Source: Podospora anserina
Lineage: Eukaryota
Reading direction: 5' to 3'
Length of the DNA: 64,000 bases
Assembly (NCBI GenBank): GCA_017654855.1
Contig: CM030335.1
Coordinates: 186,001 to 250,000, forward strand
Part shown: positions 11,139 to 21,960 of the stretch, in pieces
How positions within the stretch are numbered: the first letter of the stretch is position 1
How the letters are laid out: each line of letters opens with the position of its first letter
Position numbers and translations under genes: made by a program
The notes under the pieces: generated by a model
Seen by the model: the letters and a program-made list of their open reading frames with translations, nothing else
The model's database searches: none
What the model was told of the DNA's origin: nothing

Positions 11139-12802
11139 ATGTCCCCCATATCCTCAGCCCTCCACGCGGCTCTTGCCAGCCTTCACCTTCTCCCCATCCT
11201 CTCCCTCTCCTTCCTCGCCCTCCTCATCCTCTGGCACTACCTCTCCTACCGCCCCCTCTCGCACATCCCCGGCCCCTTCCTCGCCAAATTCACCAACCTT
11301 TACAAAATATACGCCTGGTCCACAGCCCCGTCAAGCCCACGTCTACGGCGCCCTCCCCGCCAAGTTCTCCTCCTCCCTCATCCGCATCGCCCCCCAAGAG
11401 CTCCTCTCCTCCGACCCGGACTTCATCCGCCAGATGAACTCGGCCCGCACGGAATACGCCCGCTCAAGCTGGTACACCCCCCTCCGCCTCGACCCCTGGG
11501 GCGAGAACCTCTTTGTCTGCACCTCCAACACGGCGCACACCGCCCTTCGAGCCAAGCTCGCAAACGGGTACAACGCGAAGGAGGTCCCATCGTTGGAGAG
11601 CAACATCGAGCACATCATTAGCAAACTTGTGTCCTATATCAGGAAGCGATGCATTTCCGAGCCACGCGGCCCGACGAGGAAGGTGGACTTTGCGAGAATC
11701 TCCCAGTTCTTCACGCTCGATGTTATCACCAGAGTCGCTTATGGGAAGGAGTTTGGGTATCTAGACCGGAACGAGGACATGTTTGACTGGATCAGAACGA
11801 TCAACGACCAGGCGGCGTGGTTGGGCATCATGAGTGATTGGCCTGTTGTGGGCAAGATCTTGACGAACAAGCACGTCCTCGCGGTTGTTGGGCCGGAGAA
11901 GAAGAAGAAGTCTGGCGGGGGGGTGGGAGGGATTATGAAGATGGCTGAGGAGATCGTCGCCGAGAGGTTCGCCCCTGGGGCGGAGAAGGATAGGAAGGAC
12001 ATGCTCGGGGCCTTTGTCCGGCATGGGGTTACGCAGCGGGAGTGCGAGGTGGAGGTGCCGTTTCAGATTGTGGCGGGGAGTGACACTACGGCTGTGGCGG
12101 TGAGGGGGGTGGTGCTGTATTTGGCGGCGTGTAGGAGGGTGTATTTGAGATTGCAGAAAGAAATTGATGACGGGGTGAGGGAGGGGAGGATTTCGAGTCC
12201 GGTGAAGAATGAGGAGGGGAAGAGGTTGGAGTTGTTGCAGGTGAGTTTGCCGTGCGGGGGTTTTAGCTGAAGACAGGGACTGACGGTTAGCAGGCTGTGA
12301 TTTATGAGACTCTTCGCATGCAGCCTCCTATTATGGCCCTACTGCTCAAGCAAGTACCGCCTCAGGGGGATTACATCAACGGCCAGTTTATCCCCGGTGG
12401 CACGAGGGTCGGGCAGAACGCCTGGGCGATCATGCAAGACAAAGCCCTCTTTGGCGAAGATGCCGATGTGTTTCGACCTGAGAGGTGGCTCGAGGTTGAC
12501 CCCGTGACCAAGAGGAAGATGGCCGACACGGTCGAGATGATTTTTGGGTATGGGAGATGGGTCTGCCTCGGCAAGCCGATGGCTTTTATGGAGTTGAACA
12601 AGGTCATTGTTGAGGCAAGGCCCTCGATTAATTAGTTGTTGGCATTAACACCTTGGCTAACAATCACCAGCTACTCCGCCGCTTTGATTTTGAGATGGCA
12701 GACCCCAAAAGCAGGATGAGGGAGAAGGAGTACGGTCTGTTGATTCAGAGTGGACAGTGGATGAGGATTACCGAGAGATTTCCAGAAAACAGGGAGGAGT
12801 GA
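11139..12802 (+). CDS. Cytochrome P450 (pisatin-demethylase-like group) with an apparent +1 frameshift (pseudogene or assembly error)
   Basis: N-terminal TM plus HIPGPFLAKFTNL; I-helix AGSDTT; ETLR; FRPERW; heme motif FGYGRWVCLG. Introns 12241-12293 (GT-AG) and 12615-12670 (GC-AG). The frame changes in a C4 run at 11326-11329. Confidence 0.88.
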
Positions 12803-13586
12803 GCTCACAAGGCTCGAACACTTCCGGAAGCAACTTTGACATATTGAGCCCTGCGAATGGATGTCAGCCCAGCTCAAGGTCTTGACAATCGTCCTAATCC
12901 CACACAAGGGCCGATAGGAGGGAGAGTCGATATTATTCCAGCTCCTATAGACATTGGTTCTCAACTGACCCAAATAGAGCCTACAGCTGTCGGGAGCATC
13001 ATAGACCTCAGTCCAGAACAATGATTGGAGCGGGAAGACGAGGCAGTCAAGCGCAGTGCTGAAGCGCGCCACTGGTAAAGCGTTTCCGACTACCGAGAAC
13101 CCCCATAACGTTCCTACTTCGGCCAAATATGTGCCCAAGTTTATGGGGTTCTCCCCCGATGTGACCCCACAAAACTAGACCGGGCCTAGCAAACGCGGGC
13201 GTCTGCCTCCGTTTTTCGCCCGTTTCGACAGCCGCAACCTCCTCCGCATCGCTTCCGGAACATCGGCGGCGCACCCCAGCCGTGAGCGGGCCCGGCCGAC
13301 CTGCTGGCGATGGGAATCACTTCGATTCATGCCGTGAAAGGAGCACATGATGTCACGGAATGGACACCATCCACGGCTTCGCGAGCCGGGTTAGGCAGGT
13401 CTTGATGCCGGGTTGACGGGATGCTTTCCGCAACAGCTGGGACAGACTCAACTGAGAATGCGAATCCCGACACCTAGAGAGGATTCTTGATATAAAAGAT
13501 GACCCCAAGACAGTCTCGGTCTGGTGCTTGCTCTTGATCAACAGGGTCAACACCAGGAAGTCTTCTCAACAGTCGCTGCCGACAAC

Positions 13587-14947
13587 ATGCGCGCCGTCTA
13601 CGCCATTCTCGCTGGCTTGCTTGCCACCGGCAGTGCCTCTCCCCTTGAGGCACGCCAGTCCGGCAACCCCTTTGTTGGCCGCAGCCTGTTCGTCAACCCC
13701 AAGTACAGCGAGTCGCTCGAGAGGACTCGCCAGGCCTTCCTGTCCCGCGGAGACCAGACCAACGCGGCCAAGGTGCAGTACGTCCAGAACAAGGTCGGCA
13801 CCTTTGTCTGGATCTCCAACATCTTCCTCCTTCGCGACATCGATGACGCCATCCGCAATGCCCGCGCTGCTCAGTCTAGGGGCGAGAAGCCCATCGTCGG
13901 TCTTGTGTTGTACAACCTCCCTGACCGCGACTGCAGCGCCGGTCATTCTTCAGGAGAGCTGAGTCTGGACCAAAACGGTCTGAACCGTTACCGCACCGAG
14001 TATGTCCAGCCTTTTGCTCAGAAGCTCAAGGCCGCATCGGATCTTCAGTTTGCTGTTATTCTTGAGCCTGATGCCATCGGCAACATGGTGACCGGCACCA
14101 CTGCCTTCTGCCGCAACGCCCGCGGGCCTCAGCAGGACGGCATTGCCTATGCCATTCAGCAGCTCCAGGCCAGCAACATCCACCTCTACCTTGACGTCGC
14201 CAACGGCGGCTGGCTCGGCTGGGCGGACAACCTCAAGCCTAGTAAGCAGTGACCTCCTCTCACAAAACCCAAAGAGATCGAACTAACCCCCTTTAAGCCG
14301 CCGCCGAAGTAGCCACCATCCTCCAAAAGGCCGGCAGCAACGCCCGCATCCGCGGCTACTCCAGCAACGTCTCCAACTACAACCCCTACTCCACCAACAA
14401 CCCACCCCCATACACGGCCGGCAGCCCCTCGGCCGACGAGTCCCGCTACGCCACCTCCCTCGGCAACGCCCTCCGCGAGCGCGGCCTCCCCACCAACTTC
14501 ATCATCGACCAAGGCCGCGTCGCCCTCGACGGCGCCCGCAAGGAATGGGGCGAGTGGTGCAACGTCTCCCCCGCCGGCTTCGGTCAACCCTTCACGACCA
14601 ACACCAACAACCCCAACGTCGACGCCATCCTCTGGGTCAAGCCCGGTGGCGAGTCGGACGGGACGTGTGGCATGTCGGGGGCTCCGCAGGCGGGCGCGTG
14701 GTTTGATGCTTATGCGCAGATGTTGACCACGAATGCGCACCCCGAGATTCGTGCTGATGGTGGTGGTGGTGGTAGTCCTGCTCCTGGGCCTAGCTCGACG
14801 GCCGTGGCGCCTTCGCCAAGTGCTACTCCGGGTGGAAACTGTGCTGCTAGGTGGGCTCAATGTGGCGGGCAGGGATGGACGGGGCCGACGTGCTGTGCCC
14901 AGGGGACGTGCCAGGCTAGTAACCAGTGGTATTCGCAGTGCTTGTAG
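13587..14947 (+). CDS. GH6 cellulase (cellobiohydrolase II/endoglucanase family) with C-terminal CBM1
   Basis: Signal peptide [67 protein letters not shown]; intron 14242-14297; CBM1 [35 protein letters not shown]. Confidence 0.95.
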
Positions 14948-16014
14948 ATTGTATATGGTGGTTGGCAAGAAGGGGGTGTGGAGAAAGATGTAAATAGCAT
15001 GTGTGGTTGATTTTGTACATAAACATGGTCTAGGAGATGGCATATGGGTCATGAACACGAATCTCAGGGCAAAATTCATATGTGTGACTCTATCATCAAG
15101 TCTTCAGACCAAAGGAGCTTGTTCGAGTTAAGCTTTACGAGCGAACTTGACAATGGAAGCCGCCAAGCCCACCTACCAGACTTAACTTGGTGCTTGGCTT
15201 GACTTTGACAGTTAAGCCAAGTTTTATGCCAACCCTGATCAAACCTATATCTTCGTTCTATGACCCAACATCCCCTAGTAGACCACAGGTTCAAGTTTCC
15301 AATCTATCATACTCCCGGACAATGCCTACCTAGGTGACTGGACACTAGGTCCTAGAACGATGTCGCCCTCCTCTGCTGGCGTGACCTTGGTTCGCCCACG
15401 GCTTGTTGGCATGAAATTACCTAAACACTGGAATCAGACCCAAGCTGAATGTCCTGAAGCGTTCTTCCTCTGGCGGAGTATTCCCGCTGTTAATTATGCA
15501 CCCGCGTACCGTCCTGGGTCAAACAAAAGAGCTGGCCGCTACAGCACAAGGCTCATGATAGCCTCAACCTTGAAGCTTTCACGAAAGAACAGACCTCCAT
15601 CTGCGACACCAGACGGGAAAGTGCGGGAAATGCATCTATTCAGGCAGTGGCATATGGCAATGATCGACATTGTCCATTGTGATTTCCACGCAGCAGGACA
15701 CATGCCAAGCCTCGCCCCAGACCTGCTCCTTTGCAAACAATCAGGCTCAAACATCTTGGGGTTCTTTGTTCTATAAAAGGTGCCGCTCTACCCTACGTCA
15801 AGACTGTGGCATGTGCTATCGATGCGGAACCTGTCCGCCCCTCAACCCCTGACCCCTGACCCCTGACCCCTATTTTCTTAACGCCTAACACCTAAGGTTA
15901 AGGAAAGTCAACTTGGCTCCTCCGTCCATTCTCCAAGAAGTTGTGCACCCCAGTTTTCTTCTTCTACTTCTGTATACTTTTATTTATTTTTATTCTTGAT
16001 GGCTTCTTCCTAAG

Positions 16015-16980
16015 ATGGCATCATCACGATACAGCCTCGACAGCAGAACAACATTCGCTGGGTCCCCGATCAGCCCTTCAACAACACATGCCATTCCCAA
16101 GCTGCATGGTGAAGGACTGGGTCTGCTACACAACTGGGAAAAGTCTCCTCGCAGCCCCACCATAATTCGGAGTTGGCGAGATGACACGACCCAAGAAGGC
16201 CAAACACCAGCCAGGAGATCACGGGTCCTTATAATCACGTTGTATCTTCTCGCCTTCTTCACCGTCCTAATCTGCAGCTGCGCGACATGGGGCATCGTCG
16301 CCTATTCCACTTCACAAACATCTTCTCAGTGCAACTCTCACGTCACGAGCGGGAAAGAGGACACCCTCCACCTCGCCTCAGACATCAGCGGCCTTGTGCC
16401 AGAATGTATGATTTTTCCCTTTTTTCTCCTCACAGCCCACCCAGGACACGGCTCTAAACAGCCCCTACCTACCTACCTAGTCTCCCTCCGCCCCCAAACC
16501 TTCCGCCCTGACCCCGAGCCCCCAACCAACAGCACCACCACCCCTCCCGCCTGGACCTCCTCCTTCCCCCTCGGCAACGGCTTCATCACCACCCCACCCA
16601 ACTTCAACCCCTCCGGCAGTTCCCACCTCCCTCCCCCGATGGAGTTCCATAACCAGCAAGTCTACTCGGTGGCTGTCTTCCACCAGCTTCACTGCCTGCA
16701 GATGATCATGACGAGGTACAACTCGCTTATTGCGGGTGATGTTAAGTATAAAAGAATGCAAGGGCATGATGATGATCACAGCCACATCAACCACTGCTTT
16801 GGCTACCTGAGACAGAGCCTCATGTGTTGCGGTGATACCGCGCTTGAGGGCCAGAATCCGGAGACGGAGGGGCAAAAGGTCGAGACCGATGGGATGGGTG
16901 TGGTGCACATGTGCAAGGACTTTCAGGTGGTTGTGGAATGGGTGGAGGGGAGGAGGGTTAGTGACGAGAGGGGGGTTTAG
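16015..16980 (+). CDS. UstYa-like / DUF3328 oxidase
   Basis: One N-terminal TM; two HxxHC motifs (FHQLHCL, HINHCFGYLRQSLMCCGDTALEG) and GMGVVHMCKDF; in-frame 75-nt intron 16406-16480. Confidence 0.9.
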   Translation: MASSRYSLDSRTTFAGSPISPSTTHAIPKLHGEGLGLLHNWEKSPRSPTIIRSWRDDTTQEGQTPARRSRVLIITLYLLAFFTVLICSCATWGIVAYSTSQTSSQCNSHVTSGKEDTLHLASDISGLVPECMIFPFFLLTAHPGHGSKQPLPTYLVSLRPQTFRPDPEPPTNSTTTPPAWTSSFPLGNGFITTPPNFNPSGSSHLPPPMEFHNQQVYSVAVFHQLHCLQMIMTRYNSLIAGDVKYKRMQGHDDDHSHINHCFGYLRQSLMCCGDTALEGQNPETEGQKVETDGMGVVHMCKDFQVVVEWVEGRRVSDERGV

Positions 16981-17499
16981 GTGTATCAGTGTGTACTAGT
17001 TTCTTTCTCGGACGCTCTGTTTGTGGCATTTATTCGCGATTATGGGTTAGGATGTTCACTTTGGGGGCTTCGGGGACACAAAATGTAGAACGGGAATGAG
17101 CTGCCCGAAATGGCGGTCTTGGCGGAGTTGTACAGCCGAGAGACGATCTAGGAGAGGCGCAATAAACCCGAGAAACATGCAGCCATCATCAGCCTTATCA
17201 ATAGTTCTATGTTGTGTAGCTTTTGTTGGACATCGAGATGGATTTACCAATGAAGATAAGGTAGACTGGAGCATCCTCATCAGTAAGTACGTATGGTATA
17301 ACTCTGATCCCCTCCAGTGCACTGTTCCTCTCTATCATCTCTTCGCATTAGGTCCCAAGCAAGATGTTGGCAAAAGTCTTGAGCGGCTTCTTTTTCCTTG
17401 CGGCAGGTTTCGCCCAAGGTCAACCATGGGATTGTGTGTAAGTTATTGCCTTAGTCTACTCTTCGCCTTCGACACAGGCTATTAATGCCGAGCTCAGAA

Positions 17500-18665
17500 T
17501 CGTAGGCGGGGGAACAGCTGGTCTTACACTCGCTGCACGTTTCTCCGAGAACCCCTCGTCCAATATCTTGGTTCTCGAAGGGGCTGCAGCCGTATTACAA
17601 GAAATCAGAGCAGTTTGTGACTTCATCAAAGGAGGTCAAGCACGATCTAGGAGTCCAGTTTCTTGACGAGACAGTGCATGGGAAGAATGGACCAATCGTA
17701 ACTCCTTTCCAGAAGTCTGCGGCCCGTTCCAGAAGACATGGGCGAGAACATATGAGAATCTGGGCCTAGGGGTCACCGGAGACCCGAGAGGACTTTCTTT
17801 GGGCGGCTTTGCTAATCCGTTCAACATTGACTCGAAAATCAAGGAACGGAGCTACCCTGGTAACAGGCACTATCTTGCAGCCAAAGGGAAAAAGAATCTC
17901 AAGGTCATTACCGGGTCTCGCTCTCGTGACAAAGATTCACACCGATGTGAGAAAGCAAGGCGCCCGCCCCTCCAACTGTCACAGGCGTGGGGTATGCCAA
18001 GGACGGAGTGAAGCACAATGTCTGGATCAACGAGGGTGATTGTCTCGGCAAGAGCAGTTGAGTCTGCCAAGCTGCTAGAGCTGCCTGGGATTGGCAGCTC
18101 TAGGCTTCTGAACAGGTTGGGAATCAAGGTGGTGGTCAACAATGGCTTTTGATGGAGAGAATTACCAAAATCACATCATGTTGCCTCTGGGGTTAGTACC
18201 TTGCTCATTGTCATCAAGATCCTGAGGTCCAGAACCCTAACACCCACACCAGATTAATGGCAAAATCCCATCTCACCACAGCCGAAGACTTCGCCGACCC
18301 CGCCGTCTTCCAAGCAGCCCTCTCCGAATACCTTACCAACCGCACCGGTCCCCTAACCGTTGTAAATGCCAGCTCAGCCCTCCCCGCAAATGCCGCCATC
18401 GCGAAAAGACACAGGCAAATACCTCACCCTCCTCACCCTCCTCCAGCAGCCCTTCTCCCGCGGCAGCATGCACATCTCCTCTTCCTCCCCCTCGCAACCC
18501 CCAGTGATAAACCCAAGCTACCTCTCCCACCCAATCGACCGGCATATCTTCCGCCTAAGTGCATTGCACCTCCAGAAGATCGCCTCCACTCCGCAGTTGT
18601 CGCATTTGTTGGAAAAGGGGGGCAAGGTTTTCCAACCGGGGTACCCAAGGGGGGGAAGGCGGTAA
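17500..18665 (+). pseudogene. Fragmented GMC oxidoreductase pseudogene
   Basis: VGGGTAGLTLAARFSENPSSNILVLE at ~17502-17580, VIVSARAVESAKLLELPGIG at ~18036-18095 and LQQPFSRGSMHISSSSPSQPPVINPSYLSHPID at ~18440-18540. These lie in different frames with large deletions, and the C-terminal catalytic His region is absent. Confidence 0.8.
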
Positions 18666-18796
18666 ATAGTGCTGTGGTTGCTGTGGCTGAGAGGGCGGGG
18701 GGTTGTGAAGGGGGAGTATGGGTTTGGTGGGGGGGTAGTTGAGGAGGGTAGAGATGGGGGTAGGCTATGGATGCATGTTTTGTTGAAACATTCATA

Positions 18797-20578
18797 ACGT
18801 ACATTATAAGCGAGTCGCGCACTAGCCATTGCGACGCGTTCTCTCTACACTTAACATCATTTTTCTCCACAACCCAACATGCCACCTACTTTAAAAGAAG
18901 CGAGGGTAATCTTAGCCCTCGAAGCTCTTCAGAATGATGAGCGTTTAAGCGTCAGAGCAGCAGCGAGGCTCTATAATATTCCAGAATTAACGCTCCGTAA
19001 CCGACGCGCTGGCCGGCCTACACGACGCGATACTACGCCCAAATCGAAGAAGCTCACTTAATCCGAAGAGGATATTATTGTTTAATATATTATTAAGCTA
19101 TATGCGCGAGCTTTTCTACTAAAATTACGTAGTGTAAAGATATAGCTAATTAATTACTACGTATACGCGACGTGCCCCTTATTAGTAAGCTTTAAGTATA
19201 TAACTTGGTTAAACGTTAACTATAGTTCCGTACGTATTTCACGTATAGATATAACTATTAAAGGGCTAAGTATAAAGATCTAAAGGTTATAGCCAAATAA
19301 TTCTCGTTTATATAAAACACTAAGGCTAAGTATAGTATTATAAATAATAATATTTATAAATTCGACGAATCTAAGTTTATAATAAATATTATTTTTATAA
19401 GTATAGTAATTACGACTTCGGACGGTTATAATAAAGTAAAATTAATTTAAAGAGTTAATACTTTCGGCTAAGCTATTCCCTTTTTTATTACTTTAATTAT
19501 AATACTATTTTGTTAATTAATATACTAAATATAATTTATTATTTACTTAATGTGTTATAATTATTAATAATAATAAAATTAAGTATTTCGATTATTATAT
19601 AACGTTCTATATAAAAGGTAAATATTAACTATTAATCCTCGAAGGTTACGAAAGTAATTATTTAACTAAATTTAAACGTTACTATTAATAGAATAATATT
19701 ATTATACTTTATATACTTTTATACTTCTTTTACTTCCTTTAGCTATTTGATATTAATTGCTTTGGGCCGTTAAAATAAACGTACGGTCGCTAGATCGAGG
19801 ACTTCATATATAGATATATTAATTATATAAGTAAGCTCGAGTTCCTCTATACTTTCCGCGAAGCCTTCTTTGCCTCTATAATAGAGAAAAATATATAGGG
19901 TAGCTTTACGGGTACTAGCCTTATACCGTACGATTTAAAGAAGGTACTTTTTAAGCTAGATATAAAGCTTCGTACGTTAATACCTTTAAATTTACGGCCC
20001 GGCACTATATAACTTTAGGTCTCCTAGATACTATATAACCCTCGAGAAAATAACTTATAGTTAATGCTTTTTAAGATTCGCATTACTAACTATTAAAATA
20101 GTTTCCTGACTTTAATATTAGCTGCGGTAGACCAGCTTATTAAAGGTATAACGGCTAGAATGCACTAGGTGGCTTTCCTTTGTATAGAGGTCTCTTTGCT
20201 CCGTAAGGCTAATGAGGCACTAAGTAAGCGCCGGAGAGCCAAAAAAACACGTGTGAGGCTTGGAAGGTAACTTACTGTACAAGAGGCACAGGATCTACTG
20301 GATCAGAAGGCCGTGGATAAGGAGGGAGTGTAAGAAACGTAGCCGGATAGTAGTAATGTAGGGGGGGCTCGTACGAAGGTTCAGTGCTGTGGTGTATGCG
20401 GTAAGCCTGGCTATAATGCGCGTATTTGCTAGGAGGCTGTAGAAGCATCTGATTCAGCTGTTTCTGATGTAATTATAGTTAATTCCTTGTCTTGATGTGG
20501 TGTAATTGAGGATAGTATTCGTAGGGTGGTAGAGAGTGCGCGACTCGCTTATATGCGCGACTCGCTTATAATGTACGT
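18797..20578 (+). mobile_element. Fot1/pogo-family (Tc1/mariner superfamily) DNA transposon, near full length, RIP-inactivated
   Basis: 25-bp TIRs ACGTACATTATAAGCGAGTCGCGCA flanked by TA on both sides (18795-96, 20579-80). Transposase start MPPTLKEARVILALEALQ...AARLYNIPELTLRNRRAGR at 18879; C-terminal CGVCGKPG(H)NAR(T)C knuckle at ~20388-20430; TpA-rich core with many TAA/TAG stops. Confidence 0.95.
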
Positions 20579-21255
20579 TATTGGATCCTGTTGTCTACCT
20601 GAGTTTAGAAGTTCATGTCTTTGGGTTAACTCCTGCCAATTCGAACGATACTCTGATGTCAGGTAGGTATCCAGAACTTGAGGCTCACAGCTCGGACTCT
20701 GTGGGTGAGTGGCATCCTGCTTGTCGACGGCACAGTCGGCATGGGAGTTCCGACATGTCGGGCATGTTCTCCCAAAGACACCTTACGTCGGTAGAAAGTC
20801 GAAAGTGGATTTATTGGATCATTCTGATAGGTGAAGGACTACCAAAATGTGACGCACAGTACCGTACGGGAACCAGGTGTCGAATTGGGTATGGGGTCCA
20901 AAAACGGTGTCAATTCTGTTGTTGTACGAGGGTGAGTTGCCCGGGTGGCTGGAAAAGGCCGAACCCAGTGGCCCAGGTCCCACTGCCAAGATATGAATTC
21001 CTTATCAGTGGGCCCAGTTGACTATTTGACACCAGGAACCAACAGGTTAGGCGGCAATGGACGAGGCTCGATCACGACGTACCACCAAAAGACGAGACCG
21101 AAAAATCACCGTCACACGGCCCCTGCATAAACCAGTCTAGCCAAATTGCGTACTCCTTTTATACCTAGGTATATAAGGCCCCTTCCTTCGCCTTGTACTT
21201 CCCTCATTTGTCCTCATATCCTTCTTCCTCGTCAACCACAAATAATCCTCTCAAA

Positions 21256-21837
21256 ATGAAGTTCTCAACCCTCCTCGTCATCAGCAGTGCTGCTCTCGTC
21301 TCTGCCGCTGACGAAGGCAACGGACTCACTTTCCCCACTTCGACCGATGCGAATCAGTTTGTCTCGGCGATCTACTCACCATCCCCCGTCCCCTCCGAGG
21401 TATCGCCATTCATCACGCCGCTGGCCACAACGTGGTACAAGGTCCAGAGCTCCTTTATGCACGACCCAAGATACCCTTCCCTCACTTCGGATATCGTTTC
21501 GGCAATCACCCATGCCCCCGATTCCGAGGCTTCGCTGCAGGCTATGTTGACTGGTGGGGAGTGGAACTGGAACCAGGTGAAGACTCAGTCGTGGTATGTT
21601 TCCCTGATGACGGAGTGATGTGTTTAGAAAAGAGTATGCTGACAGCGAGAATCTGATGGTAGGTACGACAATCATGTGCCGAAGGACTCGAAGGACTTTG
21701 TCTCGCAGTACCTCGAGGCCTGGGAGAAGGCCGCCGAGGAGGTGACTAAGAGCGGCGCTGCCCCTCGGGGCATGGGCACGGGTATGGCCGTGGCTGTTGC
21801 AGGTGTAGCTGCTGGTGTCATCGCCGCTGTGTTGTAA
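21256..21837 (+). CDS. Secreted, probably GPI-anchored cell-surface protein, 2 exons
   Basis: Signal peptide MKFSTLLVISSAALVSA; intron 21594-21662; C-terminal SGAAPRGMGTGMAVAVAGVAAGVIAAVL* resembles a GPI signal. Confidence 0.8.
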
Positions 21838-21960
21838 GGTAGACATCGTGACATTTTACGCGAGACGCGTGGCGAAACGCAATCTTTGATATTAAATACC
21901 AAAACATACCCTACAAAAGCAACCCCTCCTCCCCCTCCCCCCTCCTCTCTTCCAATTAAC

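Noticed and set aside
12800-13138. Minus-strand ORF 12671..13138 with protein-like segment (FWTEVYDAPDSCRLYLGQL...CQSCFRKC)
   Set aside because: No ATG or splice structure I can support, it overlaps the P450 3' end, and I recognise no family. It may be a gene relic but is unsupported.
15846-15871. Short tandem repeats (CCCCTGA)n here, (GACT/GACA)n at ~51115-51137, (AGACCC)n at ~56473-56498 and poly-T at 46436-46471
   Set aside because: Ordinary microsatellites or homopolymers. The CCCCTGA run resembles but does not match the TTAGGG telomere repeat.
21256-21837. Candidate RiPP precursor for the DUF3328 enzyme
   Set aside because: No KR/RR-delimited repeats; it has a GPI-like C-terminus instead.
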